NCBI GenBank assembly: GCA_900104495.1
Contig: FMXS01000017.1
Location: 1 to 32,000, forward strand
Source: Ruminococcaceae bacterium FB2012
GTDB taxonomy: Bacteria; Bacillota; Clostridia; Oscillospirales; Ruminococcaceae
Direction of reading: 5' to 3'
Length of the DNA: 32,000 bases
In this document: piece by piece, positions 6,131-12,844 of the stretch
Position numbering within the stretch: the stretch's first letter is position 1
Layout of the letters: each line of letters starts with the position of its first letter
The notes under the pieces: model-generated
What the model saw: the letters and a program-made list of their open reading frames with translations, nothing else
Databases searched by the model: none
What the model was told of the DNA's origin: nothing
Position numbers and translations under genes: made by a program

Positions 6131-7600
6131 ATGAAACTCGCAAAAAGACTTTCTGCCGCAGCCCTCGCAGTTCTGATGGCATCAGCAGTTTCCGCCTGCG
6201 GAGACACCGACAGCAGCAGCGGCGGCGGATCCGGCGACACCGAATCCGAGGCTCTTGTCACCACTCAGCCCGGTAAGGAACTGGAGGACAGCCAGAAGGA
6301 GCAGCTCGCAAGCCTGAAAGAAGATGACGATCTCAAGATCCAATCGCTGGATAACAAGACTATCAAGTGGCTGGCTCACTATGACATCAATCCCGGCGAC
6401 GGCGCTACAAAGGGTCCCGAGCTGGAGCTGTTCGAGCAGAAGTACGACGCTAAGGTAGAGTATGTAAAGACCGACTGGAACGGCCGCTACACCAAGCTCG
6501 CCACTCTCGTTATGGCCAACGAATCTCCCGACTTCTTCCCCGCCGACGATATGGACACCTTCCCCAAGGGCGCTATCAAGGCTATGTTCCAGCCTATCGA
6601 CGATTATGTTGACCTCAATTCCGACCTGTGGAAGAAATCCAAGGATTACTGCGATCAGTTCATGTTCAACGGCAAGCACTATATCGCCGTTATCTATCCC
6701 GAGCCCAACCTGGTCTGCATCTACAATACCAAGACCATCGAGGATAACTCCCTCGACGATCCTGCCGAGCTGTTCGAGAACGATCAGTGGACCTGGGATA
6801 AGTTCCAGGAGATGTGCAAGGCCTTTACCGATGCCGATAACGAAAAGTACGGCCTCGACGGCTACTGGTACGCAAACGCTATCTCGCAGACCTCCGGCAA
6901 GCCGCTGATCGGCCTTAAAGACGGCAAGATCATCCACAACATCGACGATCCCGACGTTGCCAAGGCTCAGGAGTTCATGTACAATCTTGAGAAGGACAAT
7001 GTCTGCTTTGACCGTTCGTCCAACAACTGGAACACCAGAGGCTCCGGCCAAACAGGTGACGGCCTCGGCTCTTACCTGACCCTGTTCATCCCCACAGGTC
7101 TGTGGGCTATCCAGGGTACTCCCGAAGCTGTTAAGCTCTGCGGCGACGTTGAAGCCGGCGAGATCATGTTCGTTCCGATGCCGAGAAATCCCTCCGGCGA
7201 CGGCACATACTACATGGGCTCCCGTGTTCACGGCTACAACATCTGCACAGGCGCTCCCAATCCTCAGGGCGTTGCTGCTTACCTCGACTGCTGCCAGGTA
7301 GCTTATCAGAAGGCTTCCAACATCGGCGAAGAGGTTCTTATCAACGACTACAAGTGGAACGACAAGATGCTGGAAATGAGAAAGAAGTGCTACGAGCTCT
7401 GCGCTGAGCATCCCGTATTCGATCTCCAGAACGGCGTATCTCCCGAGCTGGATGCCGTTATGCAGGATCTGTCTCAGGCTACGATGATCACCGGCGGCGG
7501 AGCTACCACCTGGACCGAGGCAGTAGGTACATACAAGGCCAAGGTCGAGTATCTGCTCAAGCTCTCCAACGACAACGTTGCTGACAAGCCTACCAAGTAA
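6131..7600 (+). CDS. ABC-transporter extracellular solute-binding lipoprotein (family 1, sugar-type)
   Basis: MKLAKRLSAAALAVLMASAVSAC is a signal peptide with a lipobox Cys, followed by a Gly/Ser linker. The body resembles carbohydrate SBPs (…DFFPADDMD…WTWDKFQEMCKAFTD…). AAGGAGG lies 9 nt upstream of ATG 6131. Confidence 0.85.
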   Translation: MKLAKRLSAAALAVLMASAVSACGDTDSSSGGGSGDTESEALVTTQPGKELEDSQKEQLASLKEDDDLKIQSLDNKTIKWLAHYDINPGDGATKGPELELFEQKYDAKVEYVKTDWNGRYTKLATLVMANESPDFFPADDMDTFPKGAIKAMFQPIDDYVDLNSDLWKKSKDYCDQFMFNGKHYIAVIYPEPNLVCIYNTKTIEDNSLDDPAELFENDQWTWDKFQEMCKAFTDADNEKYGLDGYWYANAISQTSGKPLIGLKDGKIIHNIDDPDVAKAQEFMYNLEKDNVCFDRSSNNWNTRGSGQTGDGLGSYLTLFIPTGLWAIQGTPEAVKLCGDVEAGEIMFVPMPRNPSGDGTYYMGSRVHGYNICTGAPNPQGVAAYLDCCQVAYQKASNIGEEVLINDYKWNDKMLEMRKKCYELCAEHPVFDLQNGVSPELDAVMQDLSQATMITGGGATTWTEAVGTYKAKVEYLLKLSNDNVADKPTK

Positions 7601-7619
7601 ATCTCAGACAACATTTCAG

Positions 7620-7656
7620 CGGCATCTCCGTGAAAGCGGAGGTGCCGTTTTGGTTT
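7620..7656 (+). terminator. Intrinsic terminator of the SBP gene
   Basis: CGGCATCTCCG-TGAAAG-CGGAGGTGCCG is followed by TTTTGGTTT. Confidence 0.8.
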
Positions 7657-8066
7657 GCTCAAAGAAAGCATATTCTCCAATGTTGAGGACGTATCCGAAG
7701 GGGTTCGGGGGCGATTGGAAAGCCCCCGAATTGGGGCGTAAGTCTATGTTGGGATTCTGCTCCTACGTTTGGGGAGGGGCAGTATGCCGCCCCACTTTGG
7801 CTCATCGGGGGACGGAAAGACGCTCCCGTTGGTCGCTGTTTCCTGCGAGTGCGGGAGGACAACGTTTCCGGCGCTGCAATTGATTTGTCCACGCCAAAAT
7901 GTGCAGGGAAACGGCTTTTGCGCCCTACTGTTATTGAGTGCAGCGCCGTGGTCGTCGCCGGCGCGCCGAGTGGGACGCTGTCCCACACCCTGCAAGGGCT
8001 CTGCCCTTGACCCGCTGGGGCTCTGCCCCCGTCCCCGCCAGGGCTACCGCGCCCTGGACTGCGGAA

Positions 8067-8100
8067 TGCCGCTTCGCGGTTGGGTTTACAACTTTGTTCG
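8067..8100. repeat. Copy 1 of a 34-nt direct repeat TGCCGCTTCGCGGTTGGGTTTACAACTTTGTTCG
   Basis: Identical to 8173-8206 and preceded by the GC hairpin at 8038-8057. Confidence 0.85.
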
Positions 8101-8172
8101 TCCCCGCCGCATCACAATCTATTTTCCTGCACTATGTTGTTTGCGGCGGAGTTGGGTGCAGGGGCACGCCCC

Positions 8173-8206
8173 TGCCGCTTCGCGGTTGGGTTTACAACTT
8201 TGTTCG
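8173..8206. repeat. Copy 2 of the 34-nt direct repeat
   Basis: Identical to 8067-8100 and preceded by the GC hairpin at 8158-8175. Degenerate similarity continues for ~10 nt downstream. Confidence 0.85.
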
Positions 8207-8254
8207 GCCCCACCTCGCTTTTTTGTGCTATGTGACAAAACTTGCAAAATCATA

Positions 8255-8283
8255 TTGAAATGTTCACAGTTGTTTGATATAAT
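8255..8283 (+). promoter_or_regulatory. Sigma-A promoter of the purF-like gene
   Basis: TTGAAA-tgttcacagttgtttga(17)-TATAAT with an extended TG. It leaves only a ~27-nt leader before ATG 8317. Confidence 0.7.
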
Positions 8284-8316
8284 AATTGTGTATTTTTTAG
8301 CGGGAGGTCATGCAGT

Positions 8317-9738
8317 ATGGGCGGATTTTTTGGCGCAGTTTGCAAGGACAAAACGGAGAACTGTATCTATGACGTTTTCTACGGCACCGACTACCATTCC
8401 CACCTCGGAACGAGACGTGCGGGTATCGTGGTTTACGGTGACAAGGGCTTCGACAGAGCGATACATAACATCGAGAACTCACCCTTCAGGACCAAGTTTG
8501 CCGACGATGTGAACTCCATGAACGGCTTCATGGGCATCGGATGCATCTCGGACTATGAACCTCAGCCCCTTATGGTAAGAAGCCACCTGGGCACCTACGC
8601 TATCACCACCGTGGGAAAGATCAACAATACCGAGGAGCTTCTTGAGCTTGTGTATAAGAACGGTCACACCCACTTTCTCGAAATGAGCGGCGGTGACATC
8701 AATGCCACGGAGCTGGTGGCGGCAGTCATCAATCAGTGCGATTCCATCGTGGACGGCATCAGGTTCGCTCAGGAACATATCCAGGGCTCCATGACCGTGA
8801 TGCTTATGACAGCCAAGGGCATCTATGCCGCCAGGGACAAGCTGGGCAGGACCCCCGTTGCTTTGGGCAAAAAGGAGGACGGCAGCGGAAGATGCATCTC
8901 CTTTGAATCCTTCGCTTATCTGAATCTGGGCTACGTCCATGACCGGGAGCTGGGACCCGGAGAGATCGTCTTTGTTGACGCCGACGGCGCCGAGACCCTT
9001 TCCGCTCCGCAGAAGAAAATGAAGATCTGCTCCTTCCTGTGGGTATATTACGGCTATCCCTGTTCATCATATGAAGGTGTCAGCGTGGAGAAAATGCGCT
9101 ATAACTGCGGAATGATGCTGGCCAAGCGGGACAATGTCACTCCCGATCTGGTGGCCGGCGTTCCCGATTCGGGCACGGCCCACGCTATCGGATATTCCAA
9201 CTACTCCAAGATACCTTTCTCGAGACCTTTTATAAAATACACTCCCACCTGGCCCAGGTCCTTTATGCCCGTGAACCAGTCCCAGCGCAACAGGATCGCT
9301 AAAATGAAGCTAATCCCCGTGGTGGACCTTATCAAGGACAAGAGCCTGCTGATGATCGACGATTCTATCGTCCGCGGCACACAGCTGAGGGAAACTACCG
9401 AGTTTCTCTACAACAGCGGTGCAAGAGAAGTACACATCCGTCCCGCCTGTCCTCCCCTGCTTTACGGATGCAAGTATCTGAACTTCTCGCGCTCCACTTC
9501 GGAAATGGAGCTGATAACCCGACGGGTCATCGCCAAGCGCGAGGGCGAGAACGTCTCCGACGAGGTGCTGAAGACCTACGCCGATCCCGACAGCCAGAAT
9601 TACAAGGAGATGCTCACCGAGATCAGCAAGGCCCTCAATTTCACTTCCCTGCGCTATCACCGCCTTGACGATATGATCGAGTCCATAGGCATCGACCCCG
9701 AATGCCTCTGCACCTACTGCTGGAACGGACATGAATAA
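8317..9738 (+). CDS. Amidophosphoribosyltransferase (PurF)-family protein lacking the N-terminal nucleophile Cys
   Basis: 473 aa, colinear with PurF. It has an Ntn-type N-domain (GTDYHSHLGTRRAGIV), the PRPP motif LLMIDDSIVRGTQL, and Cys positions resembling the Fe-S ligands of B. subtilis-type PurF. The N-terminus is MGGFFG rather than MCG. GGGAGG lies 9 nt upstream. Confidence 0.85.
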   Translation: MGGFFGAVCKDKTENCIYDVFYGTDYHSHLGTRRAGIVVYGDKGFDRAIHNIENSPFRTKFADDVNSMNGFMGIGCISDYEPQPLMVRSHLGTYAITTVGKINNTEELLELVYKNGHTHFLEMSGGDINATELVAAVINQCDSIVDGIRFAQEHIQGSMTVMLMTAKGIYAARDKLGRTPVALGKKEDGSGRCISFESFAYLNLGYVHDRELGPGEIVFVDADGAETLSAPQKKMKICSFLWVYYGYPCSSYEGVSVEKMRYNCGMMLAKRDNVTPDLVAGVPDSGTAHAIGYSNYSKIPFSRPFIKYTPTWPRSFMPVNQSQRNRIAKMKLIPVVDLIKDKSLLMIDDSIVRGTQLRETTEFLYNSGAREVHIRPACPPLLYGCKYLNFSRSTSEMELITRRVIAKREGENVSDEVLKTYADPDSQNYKEMLTEISKALNFTSLRYHRLDDMIESIGIDPECLCTYCWNGHE

Positions 9739-9753
9739 TTGATAGTTGATAAT

Positions 9754-9810
9754 GGACAGTTGCTTGCATCGAAGCCGTTTTCGGCTTTCAGCTGTCCGTT
9801 ATCGGCTTTT
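9754..9810 (+). terminator. Probable terminator after the purF-like gene
   Basis: The outer stem GGACAG...CTGTCC encloses GAAGCCG-TTTT-CGGCTTT, followed by a T-rich tail (TTATCGGCTTTTAT). Confidence 0.5.
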
Positions 9811-9845
9811 ATACTGTCAGCTATTGATTTGAAAGGATACAGACA

Positions 9846-11855
9846 ATGGGAAAGAACAACGATAACAGAAACTTTGAGATACCCCGCCCGGAGTTCCCGA
9901 AAAGAGCGGTCATCACCGGCGGTATGCCCTACGGCAATAAGGAACTCCATTTCGGACACGTCGGCGGGATGTTTGTGTTTGCCGATACCTTCGCCCGCTT
10001 CCTGCGGGACAGGATAGGCAGGGAAAACGTCATCTTCGTGGGCGGCACCGACTGCTACGGCTCGCCTATCGCCGAAGGCTGGCGCAAGAAGGTGGAAAAC
10101 GGCGAGTTTGAGGGCTCCCTCACCGACTTCGTTCAGCGCAATCACGACAAACAGCAGGAGACACTGGACGCCTACGGCATCTCCCCCAACCTCTTCGCGG
10201 CCTCGGGACTGGGAAGGTCCAAGGAGATACACGCCGAAGTCACCGATCTCTTCCTGCGTTCCCTTTACGAGAAGGGACAGCTGGAGAAAATATCCACAAT
10301 GCAGTTCTACGACGAGAAAGCAGGAGCCTTCTTAAACGGCAGACAGGTGGTAGGCAAATGCCCCGTTGAGGGCTGTCAGTCCGAGAAGGGCTACGCCGAC
10401 GAATGCGATCTCGGACATCAGTATATGCCCGAGGACCTTATCGACCCCGTCAGCACGCTGACAGGCGAACGTCCCACTATGCGCCCCGTCACCAACTGGT
10501 ATTTCAAGCTCTGCGACTACGAAAAGCTCCTCCAGGACTGGGTGGCCGATATGCAGAAGCGCAAGGACATCCGTCCCGTGGTATGGAAGACTATCTCGGA
10601 GTTCTTAAAGCCCCCGGTGATCTATGTCAAGCGGGAGTTTGAGGAGAAATACAAGGAGATAAAGGAACAGCTCCCCGCTCACGAATATATCGAGGAGCCG
10701 AAGAAGCCCTCCTTCACCATTGGCTTTGAAAAGCTGGCCGACTGCGAGGAAGCCAGCCGCGTACTGGCGAAAAACGGCATCCGTTTCCGCACAGGCAAGA
10801 AGCTGGTGCCCTTCAGACTTACCGGCAACATCGAATGGGGCGTGCCTGCTCCCGACCTGGAAAACAGCGGCGAAAAGCTTACCGTCTGGGTTTGGCCGGA
10901 GTCACTTTGGGCGCCTATCTCCTTCACCGAGACCTATCTCGAAAGCATCGGTCATGACCGCAGCGAGTGGAAGGATTACTGGTGCAGTCCGGATTCCACC
11001 GTTTATCAGTTCATCGGGCAGGACAACATCTACTTCTACGGAGTTGCCGAGCCCGCAATGTGGATGGCTCAGCAGAAGTCCGCAGAGAAGACCGCAGAGG
11101 TCCCCGAGGGCGAGCTGACGATGCCCGTTATCGTGGCGAATCACCATATACTGTTTTTGGACAAGAAAGCCTCCAGCTCCGGGGACGTCAAGCCGCCTAT
11201 GGCCGACGAACTGCTGAACTGGTACACCCCCGAACAGCTTCGTATGCACTGGCTCAGCCTGGGCCTCGGACAGCGTTCGGTGAGCTTTATGCCCAAGCCC
11301 TTCAATCCCGATGCCAAGCCCGAGGATGCGGACCCCGTTGTTAAGGAAGGCTTCCTGCTCTCCAACGTTTACAACCGCATCATCCGCACGGCTTTCTACA
11401 CGGCTCAGAAGGAGCTGGACGGCATCCTGCCGGCCTGCACACCCAGCGAAAAGGTGCTGGCCGAGGGCAAAAAGGCGGTGCTGGACTATGAGAGGCATAT
11501 GTCAAGATTCAACTTCCACCAGTGTACCTATGTGCTGGACAGCTACATCAGAAACGGCTCAAAGTACATGGCAAAGGTGCTGAACGGCGAAAGCAAGCCC
11601 CGTGACGAGCTTGAACAGGCCCTTGCGGACGTGTTCTATATCATCCGCATCGCGGGCATACTGCTTCACCCCATGGCTCCCTTCGGCACGGAAAAGCTGA
11701 GGGAATATTTACAGGTAGGAGAAGAGCTTTGGTCCTGGGAGCATATCTTTGAGCCCGTATCTTTCTTCACGGGAGAGGGCCACAAGCTGAAATTCCTCCC
11801 GCCGAGGACGGATTTCTTCACCCGCCACGAAAGCCAGTTTGAAAAAGAAGAATAA
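9846..11855 (+). CDS. metG: Methionyl-tRNA synthetase-like class I aminoacyl-tRNA synthetase
   Basis: 669 aa, colinear by eye with E. coli MetRS. Matching features are PYGNKELHFGHV (HIGH), the zinc knuckle CPVEGCQSEKGYADECDLGH, and YQFIGQDNIYFYGVAEPAMW. KASSS sits where KMSKS is expected. There is no C-terminal EMAPII-type domain. Confidence 0.75.
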   Translation: MGKNNDNRNFEIPRPEFPKRAVITGGMPYGNKELHFGHVGGMFVFADTFARFLRDRIGRENVIFVGGTDCYGSPIAEGWRKKVENGEFEGSLTDFVQRNHDKQQETLDAYGISPNLFAASGLGRSKEIHAEVTDLFLRSLYEKGQLEKISTMQFYDEKAGAFLNGRQVVGKCPVEGCQSEKGYADECDLGHQYMPEDLIDPVSTLTGERPTMRPVTNWYFKLCDYEKLLQDWVADMQKRKDIRPVVWKTISEFLKPPVIYVKREFEEKYKEIKEQLPAHEYIEEPKKPSFTIGFEKLADCEEASRVLAKNGIRFRTGKKLVPFRLTGNIEWGVPAPDLENSGEKLTVWVWPESLWAPISFTETYLESIGHDRSEWKDYWCSPDSTVYQFIGQDNIYFYGVAEPAMWMAQQKSAEKTAEVPEGELTMPVIVANHHILFLDKKASSSGDVKPPMADELLNWYTPEQLRMHWLSLGLGQRSVSFMPKPFNPDAKPEDADPVVKEGFLLSNVYNRIIRTAFYTAQKELDGILPACTPSEKVLAEGKKAVLDYERHMSRFNFHQCTYVLDSYIRNGSKYMAKVLNGESKPRDELEQALADVFYIIRIAGILLHPMAPFGTEKLREYLQVGEELWSWEHIFEPVSFFTGEGHKLKFLPPRTDFFTRHESQFEKEE

Positions 11856-11860
11856 TACAG

Positions 11861-11900
11861 GCGGCGCTCCTGCACGGGCGGGGGCGCCGTATTGTATATC
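11861..11900 (+). terminator. Possible terminator after the metG-like gene
   Basis: GGCGCTCC-N10-GGGGCGCC (one G-U pair) is followed by ATTGTATATCTT. The U-tract is weak. Confidence 0.4.
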
Positions 11901-11942
11901 TTCACGTTTCCCGGGCGAATACAGAAATATGAAGGTGATATA

Positions 11943-12785
11943 ATGACAATGCTGAAAATAGCTCTTTTGCAGCTTGCTCCCGCGGGCAGTATTGCGGGGA
12001 ATCTTGAAAAAGGCATTGCCGCCTGCCGCAGGGCAAAAGCGTCGGGCGCGGACATCGCCCTGTTCCCGGAAATGTTCAGCATCGGATATGATATATATGA
12101 CCGCCCCGCCGAAGAATGGACCGCCGAAGCGGTCTCCGACGGGGACAGGTTCGTTTGTTCCTTCGGAGAACTGGCGGCGGAGCTGGATATGTCTGTCGGG
12201 ATAACTTTCCTCGAAAAGCACGTCCCGGGGCCCCGCAACACTTTGATGCTCTTTGACGGTCACGGGAAATGCGCGCTGAAATACTCCAAGGTCCACACCT
12301 GCGATTTTGATGCCGAAGCCGCACTTTCCCCGGGAGAGGGCTTCTCCGTCTGCGAGCTTGACACGGCGGAGGGGACAGTGAAGATCGGAGCCATGATCTG
12401 CTTTGACAGAGAGTTCCCCGAGAGCGCCCGCATCCTTATGCTGGAAGGTGCAGAGGTCATCCTTGCGCCCAACGCCTGCCCTATGGAGATAAACCGCCTT
12501 TCCGCCCTGCGGACCAGGGCTTACGAGAATATGTGCGCGGTGGCGACCTGCAATTATCCCGACAGCGTCCCCGACTGCAACGGGCATTCCACGGTGTTTG
12601 ACGGCGTGGCCTGGCTCCGGGACGAGCCGGGCGTCCGGGATATGTGCATCCTCGAAGCCGACGGCTCCGAGGGCATCTTCACCGCAGAGATAGACCTTGA
12701 TATGCTCCGGGAATACCGCGCCAGCGAAGTCATGGGGAAAACCTACCGTAAAGTGCGGGCATACGGACCGCTGACCTCCATTTGA
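11943..12785 (+). CDS. Carbon-nitrogen hydrolase (nitrilase superfamily) amidase
   Basis: MTMLKIALLQLAP...ADIALFPEMF (Glu)...YSKVH (Lys)...GAMICFDREFPE (Cys) gives the E-K-C triad context. GAAGGTG lies 5 nt upstream of ATG 11943. Confidence 0.85.
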   Translation: MTMLKIALLQLAPAGSIAGNLEKGIAACRRAKASGADIALFPEMFSIGYDIYDRPAEEWTAEAVSDGDRFVCSFGELAAELDMSVGITFLEKHVPGPRNTLMLFDGHGKCALKYSKVHTCDFDAEAALSPGEGFSVCELDTAEGTVKIGAMICFDREFPESARILMLEGAEVILAPNACPMEINRLSALRTRAYENMCAVATCNYPDSVPDCNGHSTVFDGVAWLRDEPGVRDMCILEADGSEGIFTAEIDLDMLREYRASEVMGKTYRKVRAYGPLTSI

Positions 12786-12810
12786 CAAATCTCTGAGAAT
12801 GTGTTATAAT
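12782..12810 (+). promoter_or_regulatory. Sigma-A promoter of the cmk-plsC / ispH-rpsA operon
   Basis: TTGACA-aatctctgagaatgtgt(17)-TATAAT with an extended TG. The -35 overlaps the stop of the preceding gene. The promoter excludes the track start at 12809. Confidence 0.75.
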
Positions 12811-12844
12811 GAAAAGTACACCGTTAACGGAAGGAGCAGTTCTG

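Larger units (their letters stand above)
7690..8226. repeat. GC-rich non-coding island packed with short perfect hairpins (unassigned: structured ncRNA or REP/MITE-like cluster)
   Basis: Stems at 7704-7730, 7970-7986, 7993-8009, 8017-8029, 8038-8057 and 8158-8175. Long-range complements at 7869-7877/7940-7948 and 8105-8111/8143-8149. There is no credible ORF. The island ends in a T6 run at about 8219-8224. Confidence 0.6.

Noticed and set aside
6182-7411. 409-aa minus-strand ORF antisense to the solute-binding protein gene
   Set aside because: For the same reason: it is a Val/Gly/Leu/Asp-rich mirror of the sense codons, with no translation signals and no recognisable domain.
8067-8206. The two identical 34-nt repeats considered as a minimal CRISPR array
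   Set aside because: There are only two copies, the interval is 72 nt (too long for a spacer), similarity bleeds into the flanks, and the window contains no cas genes or leader.
7657-8316. The GC-rich island considered as a riboswitch or leader of the purF-like gene (purine, ZTP or PRPP classes)
   Set aside because: A near-consensus promoter at 8255-8283 lies downstream of the island and leaves only a ~27-nt leader. I could not find the conserved cores of the purine, ZTP (pfl) or ykkC-type aptamers by eye.
7769-8512. 247-aa plus-strand ORF spanning the non-coding island and running into the purF-like gene
   Set aside because: It is Cys/Arg/Pro/Gly-rich nonsense-like sequence. It crosses a promoter and overlaps the real gene out of frame, and it has no SD.
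9739-9845. T-box leader upstream of the MetRS-like gene
   Set aside because: The spacer is only ~107 nt and is mostly occupied by the upstream gene's terminator hairpin. It has no T-box sequence or specifier-loop architecture.
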